From the IMG/VR virus record IMGVR_UViG_3300001485_000138, positions 22,675-86,674 of that record: DNA of 64,000 nucleotides; one strand, given 5' to 3'. Shown here piece after piece: positions 46,845 through 57,323 of the stretch. The position numbers and the translations under genes were made by a program. The DNA is from a virus (lineage: Duplodnaviria; Caudoviricetes). The number at the start of each line of letters is the position of its first letter. The first letter of the stretch is position 1. The notes under the pieces are model-generated. The model was not told the origin of the DNA. It saw only the letters and a program-made list of their open reading frames with translations, and did not search any database.

Positions 46845-49800
46845 TTAAACTGTTTGAAGTGTATAACCAAGGGTATTTACTAAGTACATCCAAGCAGAGT
46901 AAGCACGATATGCTGCTTCAGCTGCTGCTGGAATTGTGAGATATTTAGGACCGGTAACTGATACTCCTGCATTGGCAAACGTGCCAGTGGTTATATCTGG
47001 AGGTGTAGACCCTTGACATACTATGTTAGCAAGATTAGCACAATCACGAAACGCTGAACCTCCGATTGAAACTGTTGAAGTTGAGAATACGACTGTCTCA
47101 AGCAATGTACAATTATCAAATGCATAATCATTTATATATGTTGCATTACATGTGAAAATAGTCAAGTTGTCACAATTCCGAAATCCTCCATAAGGAATAG
47201 TCCTGATATATCCACTAACTACTGTTATATCAACAGATGAAAGAGCTGTGCAACCATCAAAACTCGGGTATGAAGTATATCCAGTATCACCTCCGGTAAG
47301 TTTCATCTTAACATTTCTAAGTCCTGTACAGTCTTCGAAGGTACCAAACTGTGATAAATTACCAGGTTGTTCTTTTGGATCAAGAACACAATTACTAAAG
47401 TCGATATCAGTCAATAGTATATCATTTTGGAATGTTTGCAACCAACTAATAGAAATTGTATTAGAAGGAAGTTGGACTGAACGTAGTTCTGACATGCCCC
47501 TAAAGGCAGCTTGACCAATGTCTGTTAGCTGACTTTGTGAGAAATCCAAAGACTGAATCTTATCACATCCTGAAAAAGCATCTGTACCTACTGTAGTAAG
47601 AGATGTTGGAATATTAATTGCCCCTATTCTTGTATCACGAAAACATGATTGTGGTATTTCTGTCAGAGCATCATTAAGTACGACTGTATCATTAATAAGG
47701 CTTGAAGTGTACGCAAAAGCAAATGCTCCGATAGAAACCACATTACTTAAATCGAGAATGTTATTTTGCGGTGCTAAACCGGTGTCTTTAAAGGCTTGGT
47801 TTCCAATAGAAACAACATTAGAAAAGTCATAATCTGCTAAGTTAGCACATTGGTTAAAAGCAGAGTTAGGAATGTTTGTAATAAGAGGAGCATAAACATG
47901 AATTACATAGTTGCTGGTTAAACCGACAAATTTATCAACAGTAGCTTGAGGCAAATTAACCTCTGTACAGTAATATGGAGCCTCAAAACGGATTATACTA
48001 TTTGTAGATTGAATATCACTCACAAATGCTGGATTACCTTCTACATTCAAAATAGCAGTAGCTAAATTCTTTAGAGCATATCCTTGTATAGCACTGATTG
48101 TGTTAGGTATGGTCAAGTCAGATAAACGAATACCATAAGCACTGGCACTTATAGCTTCATTTCGCCAATTAAGCGTACTAACAGAAGATGGTATTGTAAT
48201 ATGGGTAAGTTTACCAGCATAACTGTTATGAGAAGAAAAATAGACTCCACGGAAAGATGTTATTCCTGTAAAATATTGTAATTCATCAAATGTCCAATTA
48301 CTTGTTGTTGATTGTACGATAGGTATAGTTGCTTCCCCTACAAAAGCTATTCGTGCATCACTCTTAAATAAAGCATTTTTGAATAAGGCAAATTCTTGTG
48401 TTAAAGCGTGACTTAGTTCAAACTGCCTGAATGCTTCTGGATTCGATGTTGAAGTCATGATTGGGTAATCTATTGTATAACCAAGAGTATCCGTCACTAC
48501 TTGCCAACCACCACTGTCATATCCTATAGCTCCATCAAGAATATTCAAATACTTCAGACCATTGAAAGCACTGCCACAATTCTCAAAGGTGTGCTCGTAT
48601 ATAGTAGGAGCATTCTGTGTTGTACATGTAATAAACTCTGCATTTACACAATTAGCAAATGCATACTCTCCTATATATGAGCAGTCTGATATATTTATAT
48701 ATTTAATATCCGCATCCTTAAAAGCATTAGGACCGACATCACCTTGAACATAAAATCTGCAACCGATATGCAATCCTGTACATGCTCCTGTCCTCACCCC
48801 TGCAACACCGAAATGAGCTGTTGTAGTAAAGACTAACGAATGAGCATTATCAATATTTGCGAGGAATATAAGGTCTCCAGTACTTTTTAGTACTATACCA
48901 AATCCCACACCAACTGAATATCCTACATTAAATGTTGTCGAAGTAGATATACCCTCCGTATATACTTTCCTACTTAATCTATCATATAACAGATTGTAGT
49001 TGTTTGAAGCACCATAAAGACCAAACACTTTTATTGGACTATAAGCAAACGGAGATATGTAATTATTAGTATAGTTTGGTAGTGCCATACTGTCTGGAAT
49101 AACTGCACCTTCTATGTCTGTATAGGCAAAAGCACCACTTTCCAATGTAACATTTAAGAGCTTGCCTATGACAAGAGATTTCAAAGGTTCTACAACCTCA
49201 GTATTTTGCTCCCAAATTTGTGTTAATGCAGTACATCCCCAAAAACAATCTTTTCTAAAGGCTGTAATAGTAAGTGGAATCCGGACAGCAGTTAGCTCAT
49301 CACAACCCTTAAAAGCATCAGCATGTATCTCTGTCAGTCCTGTGAAATAACCTAACTCCTCAAAGTGCTTCACATGATACAAAGACACCTCTACATTATG
49401 TGCTTCTATAACAGCATTCTGTGCCTCTGCATCTGCAATCTCCTGAGGTGTCATAGTACTTTCATCTATAGGAATAAGAGGTGTATAAGGATGTTCTGCT
49501 TGTGCCTGACTAAAGACAGTATCAAGGTCTGTTACAGCAAGACACTCTCCATAAGTTATCTTTTCTGCACTCTGCGACCAATTAGTATATTCTGAAATAA
49601 TCTTCATTACCTCTGGATTACTCTCAGAAGTAATAAAACCTTCTTCACCAATAATATCTTTAGTACAAGTAACAGGAAGTACCTTGCCTGATGTAAATGT
49701 AACAGTAACTATCACATTTACTTTTATTGTATTATAAGGTGCCCGGCTAACCGTCATTCTCAACAAGGAGTCTGTAACCATCTGCACTGTGGGTACAGGT

Positions 49801-50909
49801 TCTGTCTCACTATTGCTGAGGATAGAAGGAACAATACTTGCTATTACAGCAGTTACCCCCTCTTCCTCTCCTTGTACAAAAGCAAAGTCATAATCTCCTG
49901 TCTCTACTATCACGTCATCATTGGTCAAGGTAAAGGTAGGATATTTAGGTGTAACTATAGTGGTGGTACTACCTTGAGCATGTATTCCATTCTCAAAAGC
50001 AACATCAATACCTACCATCATAGGATAGTCATACTCACGCTGTTTCAGTACATTGACAAACACACTTGAGTTTTCTATCCTAACAGTCACCCAATCTGAT
50101 GGCTGATTGACACTTGGAGTAATAGAGCTGATAGGGGCATCATAGTCTGCTGGTCCAAGATGGAAAGGATATTCATATTCACCGACATCATTTATCTCTG
50201 CTCTCTGCTCCATCACTATCTGAGGATAGCGATAGTTAAGACCAATAATGTCTGATACACCACTTCTGGTTACAATACCCATGCCTGTCTTAAACCTTGC
50301 ATTTATATTTATATGCATACTAAAGGCTTCATCAGGAAGACTCAGCACATGAAGAATAACAGCTGTGTTATCTACATTCATCTCTGCTGTCACATAGTCT
50401 GTACTTATATTAGTAAATACTTCAACAGCTGTTAACTTAGCAGTGTAATCCTCTGGGGCATATAGCACAGGAAACTCATAATCTCCCACTAAGCTAATAT
50501 TATCTATAGCCTTAACTATATTTATAACATTGGGTGCATCAGTGTCTGATTCTACAAAATTCTGGAGCATTTCAAAGACACCACCACTCTTTACCAAACT
50601 ATCACTGTCTTCTGTTGGATAATAATCAATAGAATTGATAACAGTCTCTATATTATTAACTCTACTATTGATTTCTGTTATCATTCTGGTATGCCCTGCC
50701 TGAGTATTCTTTATCAACTCAATCTCACCTACTACAGGAGCTATTATATCAGGACCTATATCATCTGATAACTTCTCTTTGGTAATAGCTTTATCTGCTA
50801 TCTTAGAGGTAGTTACTGATCCTTCACCTATTATCAGGCTTAGTTTCTTTCCTGATTTTGGAGTCTGAAGAATATTAACCTCAGAAACCTTCCTTTTATT
50901 TTCATCCAT
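46845..50909 (-). CDS. tail fibre/receptor-binding protein with Ig-like repeats and BspA-type leucine-rich repeats
   Basis: Repeated I...AF..C..L units, FDELQYFTG-type motifs and three G[DE]Y[DE][FY] beta repeats. Confidence 0.75.
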   Translation of the reverse strand: MDENKRKVSEVNILQTPKSGKKLSLIIGEGSVTTSKIADKAITKEKLSDDIGPDIIAPVVGEIELIKNTQAGHTRMITEINSRVNNIETVINSIDYYPTEDSDSLVKSGGVFEMLQNFVESDTDAPNVINIVKAIDNISLVGDYEFPVLYAPEDYTAKLTAVEVFTNISTDYVTAEMNVDNTAVILHVLSLPDEAFSMHININARFKTGMGIVTRSGVSDIIGLNYRYPQIVMEQRAEINDVGEYEYPFHLGPADYDAPISSITPSVNQPSDWVTVRIENSSVFVNVLKQREYDYPMMVGIDVAFENGIHAQGSTTTIVTPKYPTFTLTNDDVIVETGDYDFAFVQGEEEGVTAVIASIVPSILSNSETEPVPTVQMVTDSLLRMTVSRAPYNTIKVNVIVTVTFTSGKVLPVTCTKDIIGEEGFITSESNPEVMKIISEYTNWSQSAEKITYGECLAVTDLDTVFSQAQAEHPYTPLIPIDESTMTPQEIADAEAQNAVIEAHNVEVSLYHVKHFEELGYFTGLTEIHADAFKGCDELTAVRIPLTITAFRKDCFWGCTALTQIWEQNTEVVEPLKSLVIGKLLNVTLESGAFAYTDIEGAVIPDSMALPNYTNNYISPFAYSPIKVFGLYGASNNYNLLYDRLSRKVYTEGISTSTTFNVGYSVGVGFGIVLKSTGDLIFLANIDNAHSLVFTTTAHFGVAGVRTGACTGLHIGCRFYVQGDVGPNAFKDADIKYINISDCSYIGEYAFANCVNAEFITCTTQNAPTIYEHTFENCGSAFNGLKYLNILDGAIGYDSGGWQVVTDTLGYTIDYPIMTSTSNPEAFRQFELSHALTQEFALFKNALFKSDARIAFVGEATIPIVQSTTSNWTFDELQYFTGITSFRGVYFSSHNSYAGKLTHITIPSSVSTLNWRNEAISASAYGIRLSDLTIPNTISAIQGYALKNLATAILNVEGNPAFVSDIQSTNSIIRFEAPYYCTEVNLPQATVDKFVGLTSNYVIHVYAPLITNIPNSAFNQCANLADYDFSNVVSIGNQAFKDTGLAPQNNILDLSNVVSIGAFAFAYTSSLINDTVVLNDALTEIPQSCFRDTRIGAINIPTSLTTVGTDAFSGCDKIQSLDFSQSQLTDIGQAAFRGMSELRSVQLPSNTISISWLQTFQNDILLTDIDFSNCVLDPKEQPGNLSQFGTFEDCTGLRNVKMKLTGGDTGYTSYPSFDGCTALSSVDITVVSGYIRTIPYGGFRNCDNLTIFTCNATYINDYAFDNCTLLETVVFSTSTVSIGGSAFRDCANLANIVCQGSTPPDITTGTFANAGVSVTGPKYLTIPAAAEAAYRAYSAWMYLVNTLGYTLQTV

Positions 50910-50934
50910 ATCAATTAGGTTTTATTTTCAAATG

Positions 50935-50942
50935 CAAAGATA
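50935..50942 (-). promoter_or_regulatory. Bacteroidetes -7 element (TATCTTTG)
   Basis: 25 nt upstream of the start at 50909. Confidence 0.7.
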
Positions 50943-51004
50943 CTTAATACTTATTTCTATACAATAAAGCTAACATTCTTACTTATATTATATTAGACTT
51001 ATTA

Positions 51005-53140
51005 TTAACTTCCTTCTTCACTATTATTAAGCAATGTATTAATATTTTTCCCCAATTCATCTATCTGTACTTCTAACGAATTTATTTTTGCTTGTAAGTT
51101 TGCTATAGCGGTGGTATGATTACCTAACAAAACTTTATCCTCTTTTGACATCAAGCCGTTATAGTTTGATGTTGCAACAGGTAGTTCAACAGTCTTCTGC
51201 TTGCTTTCACCACCAATAGTGCTTACATCAAGGTCAAGGTCAATACTACCATCCCCATTTTGTACCACTCCAAAATCAAGACTATTACCATCGAGTGCAC
51301 CATCAACACCGATATTTTTCCTCGCTTGCTCCTTTTGTTCATCGTTGAATGATTGTGGGTAAACACTCACATAGTCCTTATGCAATCTTGCAAGGGTATC
51401 TACTGCATTGATACCATAACGTATATCTGCTATGACAGGTAGTGATGTAGGTGCAGTGTCATTTTCAGGTAGTATTTCCTCTGTACCATAATCATCGACT
51501 TTGTAGTCCACCTTAAACTCTTGGTCAAGGGTGTATTCGATAGGCTCGGCAAGGACATAGTAAGCATAGACACCTTGTAAAGATGCTTTAAGTGTGGCGG
51601 CATCGGTGTAAGATGAATCTTGTATTCGGACCATGTTAGGTGCTCCACTATGACCAATAGTTTTATTACCAGCAGAAACTGCTTGGCTTGGGGATGCTGT
51701 GGAGTATTTAGAAGATTTTAGAAGTGATATATTATTCCATTCTCCCTGCAAATGTGCTAATGATGCAGTAAATGTACCATATGCAGTTTCTAATCTCCAA
51801 GCCAGACTACCCAAATCAACCTTACCAATCCTCTTAATAGCTTTATTCCCTTTTATCTCATCTTTATAATCACCAATACCACAAAGACCATCAGGAAACA
51901 TCACTTCTCTTGTACCATCACTCTTAGTACCTTCAAGTGTGGTTATAGGTATCATTGTAGTTTCTTCCCAATGTTCTTCATATTCACCATTGCGGTTGCC
52001 TGACCATGATAGGTTTATGCAAATATCAGGATTACTTGTTTGAGGTTTAGATATTTGGCCACATCTAAATCTTATATAATAACAATTACTCGGTGTGGTA
52101 AATGTATTAACCCATTCGTTATAAGAAATAAATTTTTTGTTAGCGTCATAGAAAAAAACTTCTCTTGCAATAGTATCTTTAAGTGTTGAGCGAAAATTCA
52201 TCAACTGATTAGGCAACACTTTTATAAAATTCTTGCTACGGATTCTTGAACTATCTCCCAGATTTTGACCAGATGCTTTTTCTATTGACCCCACTTCCCA
52301 TTCTTCATCCCACAAGTTAAACCCAACCGTCTTGATACCATTACTCTTGATGTTTAATATCTCACCCTCATTATAAGCATAATCATGACGTGGGAAATAA
52401 TTAGCCAAGAATGTTTCAAACTCTGCTAATGTAGGTTCTTTGCCAAGACCAAACATTAAGGAAAGGTCGAAGACTTGGATATTGTCTATATTTACCCCAC
52501 CGACGGTAGTACTGTCACAAGTCTTTACATGTAGACGAATATAATACACATGATTAGGGATAATGGTATCTACAATTACACCACCTTCTTTCCAGCCTTC
52601 TGTGCGAATGATTTGTGTATCCGTAGTTACGCCGTTCACCTTAATGCGCCAATAACCATTTGTATCAGCAGGAGCTGTTTTGCGCAAAGAATAATAAGTG
52701 TTATCTACAACAGATATACCCGCTACATCACCGCCAGTCCATAAAACCGTAGTATTAGAAGTGGTTTGGTACTGTATTAGTATGTATCGAGTGTTTTCTG
52801 TATCTACTTTTGTATTTGTAAAACTTGTCTCATGCACCAACTGATTCCATACCAAACTATCACCATATAATGCTTCTATGGTAGCCAAGTCACCATTCGC
52901 TTGACTTGCAACACTCTGACTACCTGCCGTACTACGATAGTTGAACTTCGCATTATCATCAGTAAAATAGCCTTCAAGATTCTTCAAGTCCGACTTGGAA
53001 TACTCAACACCATTCATGATGATAGTATGACTATCGGTAGTAAAATACACCGTTCCTGTATTACCACTCAACACACTTCGAGCAAAGGCTTGCTCACGTG
53101 TTAAAGCTCTATTATGTTTCCTTATTTCTGCCATAAACAC
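51005..53140 (-). CDS. tail fibre/appendage protein
   Basis: 711 aa, beta-rich, with NLWDEEWE and QKEQARKNIG motifs typical of phage fibre proteins. Confidence 0.6.
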   Translation of the reverse strand: MFMAEIRKHNRALTREQAFARSVLSGNTGTVYFTTDSHTIIMNGVEYSKSDLKNLEGYFTDDNAKFNYRSTAGSQSVASQANGDLATIEALYGDSLVWNQLVHETSFTNTKVDTENTRYILIQYQTTSNTTVLWTGGDVAGISVVDNTYYSLRKTAPADTNGYWRIKVNGVTTDTQIIRTEGWKEGGVIVDTIIPNHVYYIRLHVKTCDSTTVGGVNIDNIQVFDLSLMFGLGKEPTLAEFETFLANYFPRHDYAYNEGEILNIKSNGIKTVGFNLWDEEWEVGSIEKASGQNLGDSSRIRSKNFIKVLPNQLMNFRSTLKDTIAREVFFYDANKKFISYNEWVNTFTTPSNCYYIRFRCGQISKPQTSNPDICINLSWSGNRNGEYEEHWEETTMIPITTLEGTKSDGTREVMFPDGLCGIGDYKDEIKGNKAIKRIGKVDLGSLAWRLETAYGTFTASLAHLQGEWNNISLLKSSKYSTASPSQAVSAGNKTIGHSGAPNMVRIQDSSYTDAATLKASLQGVYAYYVLAEPIEYTLDQEFKVDYKVDDYGTEEILPENDTAPTSLPVIADIRYGINAVDTLARLHKDYVSVYPQSFNDEQKEQARKNIGVDGALDGNSLDFGVVQNGDGSIDLDLDVSTIGGESKQKTVELPVATSNYNGLMSKEDKVLLGNHTTAIANLQAKINSLEVQIDELGKNINTLLNNSEEGS

Positions 53141-53149
53141 TTAAATCAA

Positions 53150-54316
53150 TTAGGCTTCTTGCCATGTAAGTGCGTTTTCCAATTCAACTATCCTGTTACA
53201 TAATGCTTCGAACAAAGTATTTATAGTAGCTGCTACAACAACAGAGTTATCAGATGTAATAGTAGTTTTGTTCTTATTGTTTGGGTCAACTGTTCCTGTC
53301 ACAGTCTTCACTACACCAAACAAACTGCTTGCAGGTGTAGCTGTTACTATAGTAGTAGAAGCTAATACAGTTCCAGTAGTGCTATCTGTAATCTTTAATA
53401 CGATACCTGTAGTCCCTGTGGAAAGTTGCTCATTAGATAGACTTGCATTCAACTGAACACCTGAGGAGGTGGAGGATACTTTTAATCCTGAATTTGTATC
53501 TAAATGTAAAGAGATTGAACCATTATTATCCACACTTAAACCTCCTGTTGTAGGTACTTTCACAAGACCAAGTGCAGTTGGGGTTGCTTTGTCTATATTA
53601 TTTTGTATAATCGTAAGCTCATCTGGTACGATATATCCCATACCACTGGTATCTAAAGGAAGGTCAGATAACATAAGTACCATATCTCCTTCTTCCAAAT
53701 GACCACTCCAACCATAACAAAGAGTATCTCCAGCATTTGCTATTCTAAATGTCCATCCTGCTTTTACTTCTATATACCTATTCAATGTACTAAAGGCTGT
53801 TTTATTAGGATCATCCATCCAATCAGAACCAAAAATAGCTTCGTTTACAGCAGTAAGCCTTCCTGTACTTGCATCTATTTCTCCTGCATACACCATAGCT
53901 CTTGCTGCTTGTATTAAGTTTGCTACTTCTGCTTTTGTAGCATAGGTTGTAGTTATCCTATTTCCTGCTTCATCACCAAGAGCTTTAGTAGCAAAAGGCA
54001 CTTCTATATCTGTTTCAACACCATCTACAGAAAGTCTTAAGTAATGATCTCCGGCAGTTGTTAATATAATAGATTGGTCTGGAGTTGCTACAAGCATACC
54101 ATTAACCACTATCCCATTAGGGCATACTACTAAAGCTCCTACATGCGTAGTACTTATTGTTGCAGCTTCTACTAAAGTCTGGGCAAAATAATGTTCCACT
54201 ACCTTACCTTGCAATAATTGCAACAATGCAAGTAATTGGGAACCGTTCCATGTATTTTGTTGATTTAAGTCATTGTCAACATTTGCTCTTCCTGTTGTCT
54301 TACTAATATCTGGCAT
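53150..54316 (-). CDS. tail fibre-related protein
   Basis: 388 aa with KATPTALGLVKV and SSLFGVVK fibre linker repeats. Confidence 0.6.
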   Translation of the reverse strand: MPDISKTTGRANVDNDLNQQNTWNGSQLLALLQLLQGKVVEHYFAQTLVEAATISTTHVGALVVCPNGIVVNGMLVATPDQSIILTTAGDHYLRLSVDGVETDIEVPFATKALGDEAGNRITTTYATKAEVANLIQAARAMVYAGEIDASTGRLTAVNEAIFGSDWMDDPNKTAFSTLNRYIEVKAGWTFRIANAGDTLCYGWSGHLEEGDMVLMLSDLPLDTSGMGYIVPDELTIIQNNIDKATPTALGLVKVPTTGGLSVDNNGSISLHLDTNSGLKVSSTSSGVQLNASLSNEQLSTGTTGIVLKITDSTTGTVLASTTIVTATPASSLFGVVKTVTGTVDPNNKNKTTITSDNSVVVAATINTLFEALCNRIVELENALTWQEA

Positions 54317-54327
54317 ATATTTATCTT

Positions 54328-54690
54328 TTATTCATTCACTTTCCACCTCTGATTATTATTCAATATAAGCATGGCTGCTTTGAGTTCATCCAAATCCAAT
54401 GCACCCATTTCTGCTACCTGCCTTTTTAGCTCATTCACATCTTTTTCAAGTATTTCTATTTTATTGGAATTAGCTCTGTATGGTAGAAGAATCCAGGGGG
54501 TAACACCGTCTCCCATCTTATACCCTGATGTGTCCGTTTCAAAGCCAAGTTCTCCTGATAACAATATAGGATTCTTGCTCTTCCATTCGGCTGAAGTAAA
54601 ATGCCTTACAACCAAAGCCATATTGAGTTTTTTAGTAGGAGCTTGACTAATTTTGGCTTCAGATATATAGCTATGCACAGTTTTAACCAT
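54328..54690 (-). CDS. Mtd N-terminal-like (tail fibre attachment) domain protein
   Basis: WKSKNPILLSGELGFETDTSGYKMGDGVTPWILLPY. Confidence 0.75.
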   Translation of the reverse strand: MVKTVHSYISEAKISQAPTKKLNMALVVRHFTSAEWKSKNPILLSGELGFETDTSGYKMGDGVTPWILLPYRANSNKIEILEKDVNELKRQVAEMGALDLDELKAAMLILNNNQRWKVNE

Positions 54691-54695
54691 ACTAC

Positions 54696-57065
54696 TTATC
54701 CTTTCTTACTACTACTCTTATCTATTTGCTTCTCCTTCAACCTTGCATCATCTGCCTGCTTCTTCTTGTCTAAGGCTAACTGAGCATCAAACTGTCTGGC
54801 TTCTTCTGCAAGTTTCTCCCTTTCAATAGTATTAGCTTCAGCATTATCATGATTCATGAGGCCCATACGAATTTCCTCGGCCCTACTATTTATTTGGGCG
54901 ATAATTATCTCTGTTTCAAGCTTTTCCCTATGCATCTTATATTCCTGTTCCATCTTCATCTGCTCTAACTGAGTCTTCTGCTGAAGCTCTGCTTGGAATT
55001 GCTGCTGCTCAATCTGCTGTTGTTGTGCTGCCTGCTCTTCTCTCTTTCTCTCACTGGCTTCTATCATCCTCTGCTTCTCTGCCAAAGATGATGTAGTATA
55101 GAGCTTCATGATGGTAGAGAACTGCATACCATTCTGTAATCCTGCCTGAGCAAGCATATCAAGCTTCTGATTGAGTTCCTGAGCGCCATTACTATTATCT
55201 ACTACAAGACCATAGTCACACTCCGCAAACTCATCACCATCAAACTCTACTAATACCTTACTACCATCATTCAGGATATAGTCAAACTTTATCTTCCTGC
55301 CTCTATAGGCTATCTTGGCTGTTTCAAGCAGGCATTCCAATGCTCTCTTCTTTACACTGTCATGGATAATAAATAACCACTCTGTACTATGTGAAGATTG
55401 AAGTGTAGCTCTCTCTACTCCTCCTACAGTTTCCCTGTTACTTATCTGACCTTCCCTTTGCTTACTTATTCCTGCAAAATTTCCTATCGCATTACTAATC
55501 CACTCAAGATAGTTGATATATTGGGTAATCTCCTGACCTAAAGATAAATCTACAACACCAGAAGTATTATTGTTCAAACTGGCTGCAAGTCTTCCTGTTG
55601 CCTGTCCTGTACTACCTTCATTCCAGCTATTCTCTACCATTACACCATGGGTATTAAGGTAGTATAGCCACTCATCCATTTCCCAAGTCTTTGGTTTCTT
55701 GGCTAAGTCAAGTCTCACAACCTTTCCTACATTCTTAGCTAATAGCTTGTTAAGCCTGTCATGGACTATATCATACAAGTAAGCATAAGGCTTCATTATA
55801 TCTACTATACTTCTTGGATATATAGAGCCTATAATACCAAAATGACACCTGCTTGGGTTACTAAGTCTGTTATACTGGATAGGTCTTGGCCTCATATTTA
55901 CATATATATCTTCGCCAATCTTAGTCCCTTCCCATGCTTGGTTAATCCAGAACACTTGTTCTTCTTCCCCTTTGTCAGGATCACAATGGTATGTTTCAGG
56001 ATAGAAATTAAATTCTTCCTCTCCTGTCTCTGGATTATAGCTCTTTACTTTTTTTATCTTCCTTCTCGACTTCCAGAATACCCTGAGCACTCTTACATTG
56101 CCATTCATATCAAAAGGAAGCAGGTCACTTTCTATTCCTTCATCAAACAGACCTCTTACTGCTATGGCATCTCCTGCCTGACCTCCTATTGCTGGTATAA
56201 AACCAAACTCAGGAGCTACATTAAACTCTCTTTCACTATTATTATCTGTTGCTCCTCCTGCTACACGAGCCCATATAGTATCTATGTCTTTCTGAGTAAG
56301 CTGGTCCCAATAGACATCTTGTACTTTACCTGGAGACCAATAATCTTCAAGGATTACCATGTCAGCATCTTCTATCTTATTGGAATATCCTGACATAAGT
56401 ACTCTCATTTTCAGGGGGTCTATCTTTTCCAATACAGGCTCTCCTCCTACTATATCACAGAGATATGCTTCCTCTTTTGCATAGAAAGCATCTTCAAAAC
56501 CTTCATTAAACAATGTCTGAACATCAAACTCCTTGATATAATGATTCAGGAGAAGGTTTGCTCTGACCTCCCTCTTATCCTGATATTCATATTTGAAATA
56601 ATCATCTTGCTTGGAGAGTTGCTTGTTATATTCATCTTCATTCATAGATGAATCCATAATAAGCTTCTGAAGAGCAGTATTAACCAATGTATTCTTACTC
56701 TCCTCCATCTCTGATATAGCATTAGGGTTGGTAATAGTAACCCTGAAATCAAACAGCCTCTTATTTTCCTCACCTTTAAGCACTTCCAACTTGGAGTTAA
56801 TCACTGAGTAGTGCTGTATATTATCTGGAATATATGAGGCATCTATGTCGAAAGGATTCACCTGCAACTTCAAGTCTTCCATGTGGATTTTACCTTGGAG
56901 CAAATCTTTGTTTATCTTCATATTCTCCAAGGTTTTGCGCAAACCATTGTAATGCAGGATACTATGACTATCTGCAAAATCAACACACTGCTTGCGCCAT
57001 ACTTTATTCTTCTTACTGAAAGACAGTCTTTGAGTAGGAAATCCTCCTAATGCATTATATGCCAT
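54696..57065 (-). CDS. portal protein
   Basis: crAss-type portal N-terminus FP.Q.L...KK...WRK.CVD...IQHY..INSKL.VL.GEE, IVGGEP, QREGQISNRETVGGVE and a Gln-rich C-terminal helix. Confidence 0.88.
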   Translation of the reverse strand: MAYNALGGFPTQRLSFSKKNKVWRKQCVDFADSHSILHYNGLRKTLENMKINKDLLQGKIHMEDLKLQVNPFDIDASYIPDNIQHYSVINSKLEVLKGEENKRLFDFRVTITNPNAISEMEESKNTLVNTALQKLIMDSSMNEDEYNKQLSKQDDYFKYEYQDKREVRANLLLNHYIKEFDVQTLFNEGFEDAFYAKEEAYLCDIVGGEPVLEKIDPLKMRVLMSGYSNKIEDADMVILEDYWSPGKVQDVYWDQLTQKDIDTIWARVAGGATDNNSEREFNVAPEFGFIPAIGGQAGDAIAVRGLFDEGIESDLLPFDMNGNVRVLRVFWKSRRKIKKVKSYNPETGEEEFNFYPETYHCDPDKGEEEQVFWINQAWEGTKIGEDIYVNMRPRPIQYNRLSNPSRCHFGIIGSIYPRSIVDIMKPYAYLYDIVHDRLNKLLAKNVGKVVRLDLAKKPKTWEMDEWLYYLNTHGVMVENSWNEGSTGQATGRLAASLNNNTSGVVDLSLGQEITQYINYLEWISNAIGNFAGISKQREGQISNRETVGGVERATLQSSHSTEWLFIIHDSVKKRALECLLETAKIAYRGRKIKFDYILNDGSKVLVEFDGDEFAECDYGLVVDNSNGAQELNQKLDMLAQAGLQNGMQFSTIMKLYTTSSLAEKQRMIEASERKREEQAAQQQQIEQQQFQAELQQKTQLEQMKMEQEYKMHREKLETEIIIAQINSRAEEIRMGLMNHDNAEANTIEREKLAEEARQFDAQLALDKKKQADDARLKEKQIDKSSSKKG

Positions 57066-57089
57066 AACCTATCTTTTACCTTTTGTGTG

Positions 57090-57097
57090 CAAAGATA
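57090..57097 (-). promoter_or_regulatory. Bacteroidetes -7 element (TATCTTTG) upstream of portal
   Basis: 24 nt upstream of the start at 57065. Confidence 0.7.
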
Positions 57098-57160
57098 TAA
57101 AAGATATTTTTACTATGCTATAACCTAAGAACTACACTAATATATTATAAGAAACATAAT

Positions 57161-57192
57161 AAAAATAGGACTACTTTCACAAGTAATCCTAT
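57161..57192 (-). terminator. intrinsic terminator
   Basis: ATAGGATTACTT-GTGA-AAGTAGTCCTAT followed by TTTT. Confidence 0.75.
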
Positions 57193-57241
57193 CATAATAA
57201 TCAAACACTTTGACTAAAAAAGTTACCTCCGACTGGTATTG

Positions 57242-57249
57242 CAAAGGTA
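57242..57249 (-). promoter_or_regulatory. Bacteroidetes -7 element (TACCTTTG) with no obvious downstream gene before the terminator
   Basis: Consensus match in the muzzle-portal intergenic region. Confidence 0.5.
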
Positions 57250-57323
57250 CTACTATCTGAAATAACAGCCAAGTACCTAAAAGACATACTAATCAATTCT
57301 TATAACCATTATAATTATTAACA

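Noticed and set aside
46845-54690. Diversity-generating retroelement or shufflon acting on the fibre genes
   Set aside because: I saw no reverse transcriptase, recombinase or TR/VR repeat pair in the window.
57145-57195. 16-aa hydrophobic ORF MIGLLVKVVLFLLCFL as a type I toxin
   Set aside because: It runs through the terminator stem and T tract, which by itself produces hydrophobic codons. There is no independent support.
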